DNA of 53,942 nt from an uncultured Micavibrio sp. (GTDB lineage Bacteria; Pseudomonadota; Alphaproteobacteria; Micavibrionales; UBA1664), in NCBI GenBank assembly GCA_964350795.1, contig CAYGLI010000005.1, positions 1 to 53,942 of the forward strand, in the 5' to 3' direction. Below are positions 29,663-38,884 of this stretch, piece by piece. Numbering within the stretch: position 1 is the first letter of the stretch; each line of letters begins with the position of its first letter. The translations under genes and the position numbers were made by a program. Under the pieces are notes generated by a model, which worked only from the letters and a program-made list of their open reading frames with translations, was not told the origin of the DNA and made no database searches.

Positions 29663-30220
29663 ATGAAGTTGAATAAAGCAAGACGCAAGTTCGTCTCCTT
29701 TTCCGTTGCGGGTATCGCACTTGTGGCCTCGGGCGCGCTTAAGGTTATGCCAGCATCGGCTCGTCAAACAATCGGACATGAAGTTTCCATCAGAAACGCC
29801 CACACCGGCGAAAGATTTAAGGGTGTTTACAGAATCGGTAGTTATTACGTACCATCGGCCTTTCGCCGCATTAACCGTGTTCTACGCGACCATCGTACGG
29901 GCGACATTCACCCAATTGATCCAGAATTAATTGATACATTGGCCCGCGTTCAACGTGATTGCCGTTGTGGTGACGCGATTGAGATACTCTCAGGATATCG
30001 TTCACCCAAAACAAATAACATGTTACGCCGTAACACCGGTGGTGTTGCCAAAAATTCATTCCATATGAAGGGGCAGGCCGCCGATATTCGTGTCCCAGGA
30101 TCATCACCATCAAGGGTTCGTAACGCCGCGCGCGCATTGCGCGTAGGTGGTGTTGGGTATTATCCACGCAGCGGATTTGTGCATGTTGATACGGGCAAAG
30201 TCCGCACGTGGACGTCTTAA
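29663..30220 (+). CDS. YcbK/DUF882 (MepK-like) M15A peptidase with Tat-like signal
   Basis: RRKF, SGYRSPKTN, SFHMKGQAAD, FVHVDTG; follows ycbB-like gene. Confidence 0.9.
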   Translation: MKLNKARRKFVSFSVAGIALVASGALKVMPASARQTIGHEVSIRNAHTGERFKGVYRIGSYYVPSAFRRINRVLRDHRTGDIHPIDPELIDTLARVQRDCRCGDAIEILSGYRSPKTNNMLRRNTGGVAKNSFHMKGQAADIRVPGSSPSRVRNAARALRVGGVGYYPRSGFVHVDTGKVRTWTS

Positions 30221-30363
30221 ATTATCGTTATTATCCCCTAGACATAAGTATTGAAAATTACGTGACAACATTATACGGCGTAGGCACTATTTGTGTGAGT
30301 TGTTTTGATTGATTTTTCAATCTTAACGCTATATTAAGACGGATACGAAACACTGAAATTAGG

Positions 30364-30378
30364 GAACATAATAAGAAC
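30364..30378 (+). promoter_or_regulatory. Alphaproteobacterial LexA (SOS)-type box
   Basis: GAAC-ATAATAA-GAAC just upstream of candidate promoter TTGTGT-N17-TATAAA (30385-30413). Confidence 0.6.
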
Positions 30379-30427
30379 AAAATCTTGTGTTTTTATAGGT
30401 AATGTGTTATAAATTAAGTGTGAAAGG

Positions 30428-30892
30428 ATGTGCAAAATGAAGTCAGCTATACAGGTGGCCGAATATATCTTGAGAAAAGCCAAAGAGGCTAATGATACAG
30501 TTACACCTATGCAAATGTTAAAACTTGTTTATATGTGCCACGGATGGATGCTAGGCCTTTACGGTAGGCAATTGATTAGAGAAGATGTAGAGGCGTGGAG
30601 ATATGGGCCAGTCATAAGGGAATTATACGAAAAAATCAGAAATTACAGGAGTCAGGCAATAACAGAGGTATTGACTGAAGAAGTCAATGTGTTTGATGAT
30701 TTTGAGAAACACATAATGAATCAAGTATATCTGAAATACGGGAACTTTTCAGGCCCCGCTTTATCAAGATTGACACACTTACAGGGTAGCCCTTGGGATA
30801 TGACATATCGTTATCACGGTCAGAACGGTGTTATTTCAAATGATTTGATTGAAGATTATTACAGTAAATTAGCAGCCACAAACTCAAATTGA
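30428..30892 (+). CDS. Panacea (DUF4065/SocA/GepA) antitoxin-domain protein
   Basis: TPMQMLKLVYMCHGW, EAWRYGPVI, LSRLTH..GSPW, ISNDLIEDYY. Confidence 0.9.
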   Translation: MCKMKSAIQVAEYILRKAKEANDTVTPMQMLKLVYMCHGWMLGLYGRQLIREDVEAWRYGPVIRELYEKIRNYRSQAITEVLTEEVNVFDDFEKHIMNQVYLKYGNFSGPALSRLTHLQGSPWDMTYRYHGQNGVISNDLIEDYYSKLAATNSN

Positions 30893-30893
30893 T

Positions 30894-31355
30894 ATGACAG
30901 AAAAACCCTCTTTAAAAGATGTTCCGGTAATAAATGTCCCAAAAGAGGATGATATAGATGATGCCGCATCAAAAGAGGCTGCAGCACTAGAAGATGGCAC
31001 ATTGTCTGTATGCGTTATGGGTTCCAGAAGAAGTATGGAAGCCTATACTATTACAGCAACAGAGCTAAAAGGCCTTAGTATATGGTCTGTTGTGGAAAAT
31101 AGAGCATATAACGTTGCCTCTGGTAGCGGTTCTTTTGCAATAGGCTTGTTATCACAGGCATTATTCACAAACTTTGAAGAATTGCCACCATTAGCGCAAG
31201 CTACATGCTACATAGGCATTCCATTTGGACTTGCGATAGCAATCATAAGTTTTCTAGTTGGAAAATATATCTCTTCACAAAAAGATGGATTAGAAAAATC
31301 GATTAAGGATGAAACTTCACATGACAACTCTCAAGGACGTACAAAAAGACCCTAA
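30894..31355 (+). CDS. Two-TM membrane protein, candidate PanT toxin
   Basis: Starts 1 nt after the Panacea stop; acidic N-terminus then two hydrophobic segments. Confidence 0.6.
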   Translation: MTEKPSLKDVPVINVPKEDDIDDAASKEAAALEDGTLSVCVMGSRRSMEAYTITATELKGLSIWSVVENRAYNVASGSGSFAIGLLSQALFTNFEELPPLAQATCYIGIPFGLAIAIISFLVGKYISSQKDGLEKSIKDETSHDNSQGRTKRP

Positions 31356-31482
31356 AAAGTTAGACCAGTTCATAAAAGAGCGTGAAAAAGACACGCCCCA
31401 TGCTGATAAAGATAAACTGGATAAGATTGTTAAATCTATGACCGAGGGAAAACAGTCAAAAGATCAAAAATCATCGCATTAG
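31321..31482 (+). CDS. Small charged ORF (53 aa) convergent on the transposase
   Basis: MTTLKDVQKDPKKLDQFIKEREKDTPHADKDKLDKIVKSM...; AAGGA upstream; absent from ORF track. Confidence 0.45.
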   Translation: MTTLKDVQKDPKKLDQFIKEREKDTPHADKDKLDKIVKSMTEGKQSKDQKSSH

Positions 31483-32299
31483 GCTTTTTGCGGTTGTTGT
31501 ATCTGTATTCAAATTCTTTTGAGTAGTTGCCTAGATATTCGCTTGACACATGAATGTGAGTTGAGCGTATGCCCTTTTTTAACATTGACCAGTAACCCTC
31601 TAATCCATTCACATGAATACCATTACGAGCATATTCGCCTTTGCCGTGTTCGACTGTTTGATGTGTATAGCCTTTCTTATCAAGACCTTTGTAAGCCCAC
31701 CATTCATCCGATTGAATTTCTGAACCTTGCGTTACGTTTTGCATGATATGTGGTTGTAGTGTCTTCGTTCTAGCGTTTGGTACAATCTTAGTCATGATTT
31801 TACCGTCACGTTCCAACATGCCAAAAACAACCGTCTTATTATCCGCACCACGTCCTCGCTTGCCTTTTGCTTTACCACCTACATAAGTTTCGTCGACTTC
31901 GATAATTCCTGATAATGGAGTTTCACCGTCAACATCCGCCATGTGCTTACGAATTTCATGTCCAATACGCCAAGCGCATTTATAAGTAACGCCTAATTGA
32001 CGTTCTAATTCCTTTGCAGATACGCCATGACGTGATGTAGCAAATAAATACATGGCATAGAACCAAGTTTGTAATGATGTGCGTGATTTTTCAAAAGGCG
32101 TTCCTACACATGGATAAACGTGGTCACCGCAAAACTGACAAGCAAAGGCACGTTGTGATGATACACGGCTAAATTTTGAATCACGTTCACACTTACGGCA
32201 TTTATGTTCCAAGCCGTAATTTACCTTCATAAGATGGCTTAAACAAGTGTCATCATCAGGGAAAAGTTTAAAAAATTCTTTGAATGTAAGGTGTTTCAT
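31436..32299 (-). CDS. IS1595-family DDE transposase
   Basis: N-terminal Zn ribbon, GVSAKELERQLGVTYKCAWR HTH, EVDETYVGG, SDEW, H.NGLEGYWS, EFEYRYN. Confidence 0.95.
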   Translation of the reverse strand: MKHLTFKEFFKLFPDDDTCLSHLMKVNYGLEHKCRKCERDSKFSRVSSQRAFACQFCGDHVYPCVGTPFEKSRTSLQTWFYAMYLFATSRHGVSAKELERQLGVTYKCAWRIGHEIRKHMADVDGETPLSGIIEVDETYVGGKAKGKRGRGADNKTVVFGMLERDGKIMTKIVPNARTKTLQPHIMQNVTQGSEIQSDEWWAYKGLDKKGYTHQTVEHGKGEYARNGIHVNGLEGYWSMLKKGIRSTHIHVSSEYLGNYSKEFEYRYNNRKKPNAMIFDLLTVFPRS

Positions 32300-32323
32300 T
32301 ATCTATCCTTTGTTTATAAGAAT

Positions 32324-32352
32324 AGTATATCAATTTACCTTACTTAGGTCAA
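32324..32352 (-). promoter_or_regulatory. Transposase promoter with -35 inside the TIR
   Basis: Minus strand TTGACC-N17-TATACT, 24 nt before the transposase ATG. Confidence 0.6.
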
Positions 32353-32380
32353 GGGGATAATAGCGTAAATTATTAATGTT

Positions 32381-33007
32381 TTAGATTTGTGACCAATCTG
32401 CCAATTCTTCGTGAATTCGGCCGCTTTTGATTGTGCAGATGTGAACATCCCAAGGGTATTGCCCTTTTGAAGGGATGAATTTCAATATTTGGCAATTTTT
32501 TACCTGTAGCGACCGTTGCGGAATGCCATAAATTGCATCAATGGCGTTTATAATTCGGCCATGAGCCACAATGAAAGGTATTTCATAATTATCAGTAATC
32601 AAAATATCGTTGAAGCATCGTTGAATACGGTTTTTAAACATATCGATATTTTCACCATTAATGGGCGTAAGGCCATCCGCCCATCGCGCTTTAGCCTCAG
32701 TATTGGATAACCCCGCCCAATCGCCAGCATCAACTTCGCGCAAGTCAGTTCGTTCAATCATAGGAAGAGATTTGTTTATGTTTAAAATACAAGCCGTATC
32801 CTTTGCTCGTGATAAATAAGAGTGAATAATATGCGTAGGGCTTGGTGATAACATATCAAATGTTGCTCGTGCATCTTGGGCTTGTATTATTCCTTTATCT
32901 GTTAAGGGTGTGTCTGTTTGCCCGCCGGCAAATTGATCAAGCGTATTCCATATAGATTCTCCATGGCGGATGAAATAAAAAGGCTTGGGATGGATATAGG
33001 ATTTCAT
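32381..33007 (-). CDS. Histidine phosphatase (phosphoglycerate mutase-like) family protein
   Basis: FIRHGES, SYLSRA, LREVDAG, VAHG; start set at MKSYIH. Confidence 0.88.
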   Translation of the reverse strand: MKSYIHPKPFYFIRHGESIWNTLDQFAGGQTDTPLTDKGIIQAQDARATFDMLSPSPTHIIHSYLSRAKDTACILNINKSLPMIERTDLREVDAGDWAGLSNTEAKARWADGLTPINGENIDMFKNRIQRCFNDILITDNYEIPFIVAHGRIINAIDAIYGIPQRSLQVKNCQILKFIPSKGQYPWDVHICTIKSGRIHEELADWSQI

Positions 33008-33022
33008 GGCATAATCATACCC

Positions 33023-33739
33023 ATGAATCAATTCGAAGACCAAGGTATAATATTGTCCGTTCGTGCGCATGGTGAGGGTGGGGCGGTTGTGCATGTTTTA
33101 TCCGAAAATAACGGAAAATGCGGTGGGTACGTGAATGGCGCACAAAGTTCATCCCGATTAAAATCATTCCTTCAGCAAGGCAATATCGTTTCGTTCGATT
33201 GGCAATCGAAAACGGATGGACAATTAGGGCGATTTGATTTGGAATTGGAAACGGATATCGCGCTATCGGTTATGGATGATGCGCGGGCATTATTGGCCTT
33301 GCGATCCGTATGCGGATTATTGGATATGTTTTTGCCAGAGCGCGAGGAACATCCCGCATTATTTCACGGCACATACGCATTTTTAAATATTTTACGCACC
33401 GATCAATGGCCTCCTACATATATTATGTGGGAAATGGCGTTTCTCAAGGAAATGGGTTATGGCATCGACATGACCAAATGTGCCGTGACCGGCGTAACCG
33501 ACAATTTAACCCATATTTCCCCAAAATCAGGTAGGGCAGTATGCGCGGCGGAGGCAGAACCTTATGCGTCCAAACTGCTTGAAATTCCTCAGTTTTTACA
33601 AGGTGAAGATTTGGCGGATGATGACATCGTCAAGGGGTTAAAACTCACAGGATATTTCCTGATGCATCGATTGTTACAACATTCATCCTTCGCCGAATTG
33701 CCGAGTGCGAGGGGGCAGTTGGAGGGGTTTTATTTCTAA
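33023..33739 (+). CDS. recO: DNA repair protein RecO
   Basis: DQGIILSVRAHGE, LPEREEHP, CAVTG, ISPKSGRAV; precedes parC; start set at MNQFED. Confidence 0.93.
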   Translation: MNQFEDQGIILSVRAHGEGGAVVHVLSENNGKCGGYVNGAQSSSRLKSFLQQGNIVSFDWQSKTDGQLGRFDLELETDIALSVMDDARALLALRSVCGLLDMFLPEREEHPALFHGTYAFLNILRTDQWPPTYIMWEMAFLKEMGYGIDMTKCAVTGVTDNLTHISPKSGRAVCAAEAEPYASKLLEIPQFLQGEDLADDDIVKGLKLTGYFLMHRLLQHSSFAELPSARGQLEGFYF

Positions 33740-33797
33740 AAAATATAAATTTATAAAAAAATTGACAAAACAATGAATTCTATGGTAATTAATTTTT

Positions 33798-34250
33798 ATG
33801 AATAAAATTTTACCATATGGTATCACAAAAAAACAACTAGGTGATTTTGTAAGATATCGCAGAATAACGATGGGGGTTAACCAAAGCCAGTTAGCAGAGC
33901 TATCAGGTTTAAGTCACTCTTTAATAAGCGGAATAGAAAAAAAGAGGTCAGAAAGTTACAGATCGACAACACTTAGTAAAATTACTGCGGTGTTTAAATG
34001 TACGTTAGAAGATATTAAAAATTTTGATTTCGAAAAAGAAGTTAATGTTAGTCCTAAATCAGTGCTAGCTAAAAAGGAAATTATTAGTGAACCTCAAGCT
34101 ACAGTGTCTGAGGTAGTAGTTAGCGGTGAAGCTAAACAAAAAAAATCATCATGGGAACCATTCCGTATGAATGCGCATGTCCGTGGACGCATGGATGATA
34201 AATTAGCGGTATCTTCATCACGTCGAAAATTACCAAAATTAAAACTTTAA
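33798..34250 (+). CDS. XRE-family HTH protein
   Basis: VRYRRITMGVNQSQLAELSGLSHSLISGIE...TLSKI. Confidence 0.8.
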   Translation: MNKILPYGITKKQLGDFVRYRRITMGVNQSQLAELSGLSHSLISGIEKKRSESYRSTTLSKITAVFKCTLEDIKNFDFEKEVNVSPKSVLAKKEIISEPQATVSEVVVSGEAKQKKSSWEPFRMNAHVRGRMDDKLAVSSSRRKLPKLKL

Positions 34251-34253
34251 AAA

Positions 34254-34342
34254 CTTAGTCAACTTTGTGTCATTAGTGGTGAAATAATTTTCTCATTGGA
34301 TATCATAAAAAAACCTCTGTATCTCTGCGTCTCTGCGGTTTA
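34254..34342. repeat. Two unpaired family C right arms
   Basis: CTTAGTCAACTTTGTGTCATTAGTGGTGAAA and AACCTCTGTATCTCTGCGTCTCTGCGGTTTA (cf. 10507-10538). Confidence 0.7.
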
Positions 34343-34352
34343 GATTAATGCC

Positions 34353-36557
34353 ATGAACAACATTGAAAACCGCAATATGGACGTGATTTTAAGTGAGAAA
34401 TATCTTGCTTATGCGCTATCCACCATTACGTCGCGGTCATTACCTGATGTGCGGGATGGTATGAAACCTGTTCACCGTCGTATTTTATATGCGATGCATC
34501 AATTGAAGCTTGACCCCAAACTCTCGCCAAAAAAATGTGCGCGTGTGGTTGGGGATGTGATTGGTAAATTTCACCCCCACGGTGATCAATCGGTTTATGA
34601 TGCGCTTGTGCGTTTGGCTCAGGAATTTTCCGTTCGCTATCCCATGGTTGATGGGCAGGGGAATTTCGGAAATATTGATGGCGATAATGCCGCGGCGATG
34701 CGTTATACCGAATCCCGCTTAACCGCCGTATCCATGTTGATGTTGGAAGGAATCGAGGAAAACGCCGTTGATTTTCGCCCTACATATGATGGCGAAACAA
34801 TGGAGCCCGTTGTGTTCCCCGCGGCCTTTCCAAATTTGCTTGCCAATGGGTCAAGCGGTATTGCCGTTGGTATGGCAACCAATATACCACCGCATAACGT
34901 GGATGAATTATGTTCCGCGATGGAAGATATTATCGAGAATAACCCAAGCGTTGAGGATTTAGTCCGCAATCATATTTCAGGCCCCGATTTTCCAACAGGC
35001 GGAACATTGGTTGAAAACCAAGACGACATCATCAACGCCTATGTCACGGGCAAGGGCGCATTCCGTGTGCGCGCCAAATGGCATAAGGAAGACTTAAAAC
35101 AAGGTCTATACGAAATTATCGTCACCGAAATTCCGTATCAGGTGGGTAAATCAAAACTCATCGAAAAAATTGCCGATTTGATTAATACCAAAAAAATTCC
35201 GATGTTGGATGATGTGCGCGATGAATCCGCCGAGGATATCCGCGTTGTGTTGGTGCCCAAAAACCGTAATGTCGAACCTGAAATTTTGATGGAGGCGTTG
35301 TACCGTCATTGCGATTTGGAATCCCGCTTTTCAATGAATTTGAATGTGTTGGAAGGCGGACGCATTCCACGCGTGATGGATTTAAAAGAAATTCTTCAGG
35401 CATTTCTTGATCACCGCCAAGAGGTCTTGGTACGTCGCTCGAACTTTCGTTTGGAAAAGGTCAAACATCGCCTTGAGGTTTTGGAAGGCTATCTGATTGC
35501 ATACCTTAATTTGGACGAGGTTATTCGCACTATACGTTACGAGGATAACCCCAAACAAGACATAATGAAGGCATTTGGCCTAACCGAAATTCAGGCAGAG
35601 GCGATATTGAATATGCGCCTGCGTGCCCTTCATAAACTTGAAGAATTCGAAATTAAAAAAGAACATGATGCGCTGTCTGCCGAGCGTGATTCCTTGGAAA
35701 AATTGATTGGGTCAGAGGCACGCCAATGGACAGCCATCAAAAAACAAATCCAAGAATTGCGAAAGACTTTTGCCAAGAATACTGAGTTAGGGGCAAGGCG
35801 TACCGTGATTGGGTCTGCGCCATCACTGATTACTGTGCCTGATGACGCCATGATTGAAAAAGAACCAATTATGGTTGTATGCTCCAAAATGGGATGGATT
35901 CGTGCGTTAAAAGGCCATGGCCATGATCCAAAAGATTTGAAATATAAAGATGGCGACAGCGGTTTATTCGTTTTTCCCGCGCAAACAACGGATAAGATTT
36001 TGGTGTTTGCGTCCAATGGTCGTTTTTATACGATTGGCGGGGATAAATTGCCCGCAGGGCGTGGTTTTGGTGAACCAATCCGATTGATGGTCGATTTGCC
36101 CAATGACGTTGATATTGTGGATATGAAACTCTATGCCGAGGGACAAAAAATGGTTGTGGCGGCGTCGACTGGGCATGGGTTTATTGTGCCAATGGCGGAT
36201 GTGTTGGCGCAAACAAAAGGTGGTAAGCAGGTGTTAAATGTTACCGATAAGGCAAAGGCCGCTGTTTGTTATATGGTTGATAACGGCGATGACCATATTG
36301 CCGTGATTGGTACAAACCGTAAATTCATCGTGTTTCCATTATCCGACATGCCCGAAATGGCCAAGGGTAAGGGGGTTATCCTGCAAAAATACAAGGGCGG
36401 CGCATTATCCGACCTAAAAACATTCAATCTTGAAACAGGATTACCATTTAAATATGGAAGCGGTGAGCGCATCGAAGATGTTAAACCATGGGTCATGGGT
36501 CGCGCAGGGCAAGGGAAATTACCGCCGAATGGGTTTCCGAAGAACAATAAATTTTAA
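34353..36557 (+). CDS. parC: DNA topoisomerase IV subunit A
   Basis: RSLPDVRDGMKPVHRR, FHPHGDQS, AAAMRYTE; short CTD without GyrA box. Confidence 0.96.
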   Translation: MNNIENRNMDVILSEKYLAYALSTITSRSLPDVRDGMKPVHRRILYAMHQLKLDPKLSPKKCARVVGDVIGKFHPHGDQSVYDALVRLAQEFSVRYPMVDGQGNFGNIDGDNAAAMRYTESRLTAVSMLMLEGIEENAVDFRPTYDGETMEPVVFPAAFPNLLANGSSGIAVGMATNIPPHNVDELCSAMEDIIENNPSVEDLVRNHISGPDFPTGGTLVENQDDIINAYVTGKGAFRVRAKWHKEDLKQGLYEIIVTEIPYQVGKSKLIEKIADLINTKKIPMLDDVRDESAEDIRVVLVPKNRNVEPEILMEALYRHCDLESRFSMNLNVLEGGRIPRVMDLKEILQAFLDHRQEVLVRRSNFRLEKVKHRLEVLEGYLIAYLNLDEVIRTIRYEDNPKQDIMKAFGLTEIQAEAILNMRLRALHKLEEFEIKKEHDALSAERDSLEKLIGSEARQWTAIKKQIQELRKTFAKNTELGARRTVIGSAPSLITVPDDAMIEKEPIMVVCSKMGWIRALKGHGHDPKDLKYKDGDSGLFVFPAQTTDKILVFASNGRFYTIGGDKLPAGRGFGEPIRLMVDLPNDVDIVDMKLYAEGQKMVVAASTGHGFIVPMADVLAQTKGGKQVLNVTDKAKAAVCYMVDNGDDHIAVIGTNRKFIVFPLSDMPEMAKGKGVILQKYKGGALSDLKTFNLETGLPFKYGSGERIEDVKPWVMGRAGQGKLPPNGFPKNNKF

Positions 36558-36672
36558 ATTATTATTTTATTTCTTTTTTTTGTTTTTATAATTTTATATC
36601 TTGAATTACTTTTAACTTGCATTAATCATAAGCAATACGTTATAAACAATAATAAAATAGACATAAGGTAAA

Positions 36673-37167
36673 GTGAAAAAATATATAATGCCTAGTTCAG
36701 TACATCAATTTCCCTCTGGCAGTAAAATCAGTTCAATAATTGCGGAGGCTAACGAAATTCAAATGCTTTATGCTCAAATTGAAGGGGGAGCTTGTCATTG
36801 TGCGATAGAAGATGAGTTGAAAATGATGAATAAAGAAAATATTTACAATATTGGTCACCCCCGTAATATTATTCGTAAATCTGATGTTAGAGCTGTTTTT
36901 GCTAAGGCCTTTCAACATTTAAAGTCAACTATAAGAAAACCAGTTAATGACCCACTTGTGAATGATATAAAAAGGTTTTTTTTATATGCATCCCTTGCAG
37001 GTTTTAAAACATCAAAAGATTTGGTAGAAGCCTTAGATGTTAGCGGCTTAGATTGCGATCATATTAAAAGTTTATCTTCAATAGCTATGGCCCAAAATAT
37101 AGTAAATAAAAAACGCCGTCAAAAAGGTCGTGAACTGCGAATAGCTATGAAAGGGTGGCTTTGTTAA
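36673..37167 (+). CDS. Hypothetical protein
   Basis: AT-rich 164-aa ORF, TAAGG RBS before GTG. Confidence 0.55.
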   Translation: MKKYIMPSSVHQFPSGSKISSIIAEANEIQMLYAQIEGGACHCAIEDELKMMNKENIYNIGHPRNIIRKSDVRAVFAKAFQHLKSTIRKPVNDPLVNDIKRFFLYASLAGFKTSKDLVEALDVSGLDCDHIKSLSSIAMAQNIVNKKRRQKGRELRIAMKGWLC

Positions 37168-37171
37168 GCGT

Positions 37172-38884
37172 TTACTGTCCCATCGCCACGCCCTCTCGTC
37201 GTGGGTCGGAAGAGCCAGTTATAAAACCATCCTTAATGTGAATGGCGGTGAGACCGCTGTTTAAATCTTTGACTTGAACGTCGTGGTTCTTTGATATCAA
37301 TAAATTGTCATTCTGAGCGCAGCGAAGAATCTTAGGGGGATTCTTCGTCGGCTTTGCCTCCTCAGAATGACAAGGTTCTATCTCTAATCCGTTTCCTCGG
37401 TCTAAAAATGAAGGCATCGCAAGGGCATCGTCAACATCCATTCCCCAATCCAATACGGCGATAATGCGTTGCAGGACGTATCCAATAATCCGCGAACCAC
37501 CTGCCGATCCGATGAGGAGGAGGGGCGATCCGTCCTTATCAAACACAATTGTTGGTGCCATGGATGATCGTGGGCGTTTACCTGCCTCAATCGCGTTGGC
37601 GACGGGCTTGCCATCTTTCATAGGTTCAAATGAAAAATCGGTCATTTCATTGTTTAATAAAAACCCGTTGGTCATGATTTTTGACCCGAATGCACTTTCG
37701 ATTGTTGAGGTCATGGAAATGGCGTTGCCCTGTTTATCAATCGCGACAATATGGGTTGTACCGTCCTCTATTTGTTTGGTTTGCGCGGCAAAAATATCGG
37801 TTAATGAGCCTGCGTTATAAGTTTGAGCAGTATCACTCATTAATGCGCGGCGTTTGGTGATGTAATCATCATTTAATAATGCAGTGTTGGGGGTATCAAC
37901 AAAATCAGGGTCGGCCATATACATGTTGCGGTCGGCAAAGGCCATTTTTGATGCCTCGGCAATGCGGTGGATTGTTTCAATGTCATCGCGTTTTAAATCA
38001 AACGGTTCTAAAATTTTTAAAATTTGTAGGATAGTTAGGCCACCACTGGATGGTTCATTCATTGAACAAATTTTATATCCGCGATAATCATCGCATACTG
38101 GTGCACGTTCAATGACTTTATAATTTTTTAAATCACCAGCATTGATGCGTCCGTCCGTTGCTTTTATAAGATGCCCGCCAATTAAATTATCATCATAAAA
38201 AATGGATGCCCCCATGGTTTGAAACAAACGCAAAGTTGATGCGTAATCTGGATTTTTTAAAATATCGTCAGAGGCATAAAAATAATCGCGTGTTGATTCA
38301 AACCGATCTAATTTCCCGTGATCTTCGGCGATCATTTGTTTGAGGCGCGGCGATTTTTCAAATCCATTATCGGCAAGGTCAATCGCGGTTGGAAATAAAT
38401 TTGTCCAAGGCAGAACACCATAATTTTTATGAAGTGTATCCAATAATTTTGGTGTTCCCGGTACGCCAACGGATTGTGCGCCAATCACCGCGTCCCAAAA
38501 TGGAATGGGTTGATCTGTTTCATCCAAAAACATGTCTGGCGTGGCGGAATGAGGTGCGGTTTCGCGTCCATCCCATGATGATAATTGTTGTGATTTTGCA
38601 TCGTAATAAAGTGCGAACGCACCACCACCCAAACCAGATGATTGTGGTTCAACCAAACCCAAAACCAATTGCGCCGTGATGGCGGCATCGGCGGCGCTGC
38701 CGCCATCTTTTAAAACTTCATATCCCGCCTTTGTTGCCAATGGATTGGCAGTGGCAATCATAAAATCGGTGCCTGTGGCTTTTGAAACGCTTTGTGTGCC
38801 TGTGCCTATTTCAGGTTCAGGGCGAAAGTCCTGAGCGAATGCAACACAAGGTAATAATAGCGCAAATATTAAAATGCGTCTCAT
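37172..38884 (-). CDS. ggt: Gamma-glutamyltransferase
   Basis: Signal peptide, VEPQSSGLGGG, DGRETAP, autocleavage TTH, NNEMTDF, RPRSSMAP. Confidence 0.95.
   Translation of the reverse strand: MRRILIFALLLPCVAFAQDFRPEPEIGTGTQSVSKATGTDFMIATANPLATKAGYEVLKDGGSAADAAITAQLVLGLVEPQSSGLGGGAFALYYDAKSQQLSSWDGRETAPHSATPDMFLDETDQPIPFWDAVIGAQSVGVPGTPKLLDTLHKNYGVLPWTNLFPTAIDLADNGFEKSPRLKQMIAEDHGKLDRFESTRDYFYASDDILKNPDYASTLRLFQTMGASIFYDDNLIGGHLIKATDGRINAGDLKNYKVIERAPVCDDYRGYKICSMNEPSSGGLTILQILKILEPFDLKRDDIETIHRIAEASKMAFADRNMYMADPDFVDTPNTALLNDDYITKRRALMSDTAQTYNAGSLTDIFAAQTKQIEDGTTHIVAIDKQGNAISMTSTIESAFGSKIMTNGFLLNNEMTDFSFEPMKDGKPVANAIEAGKRPRSSMAPTIVFDKDGSPLLLIGSAGGSRIIGYVLQRIIAVLDWGMDVDDALAMPSFLDRGNGLEIEPCHSEEAKPTKNPPKILRCAQNDNLLISKNHDVQVKDLNSGLTAIHIKDGFITGSSDPRREGVAMGQ
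37305..37373. repeat. Family A palindromic element in frame inside ggt
   Basis: TTGTCATTCTGAGCGCAGCGAAGAATC...GATTCTTCGTCGGCTTTGCCTCCTCAGAATGACAA (69 bp), read as CHSEEAKPTKNPPKILRCAQND. Confidence 0.9.

Larger units (their letters stand above)
30226..32365 (-). mobile_element. IS1595-family element with passenger genes (2,140 bp)
   Basis: TIRs 30226-30250 CGTTATTATCCCCTAGACATAAGTA and 32341-32365 (revcomp CGCTATTATCCCCTTGACCTAAGTA), 22/25; 8-bp direct repeat TAAATTAT at 30218-30225 and 32366-32373. Confidence 0.93.

Noticed and set aside
36673-37167. Defence or toxin role for AT-rich orphan ORFs here and at 22350-22766
   Set aside because: No recognisable catalytic motif or partner gene; left as hypothetical
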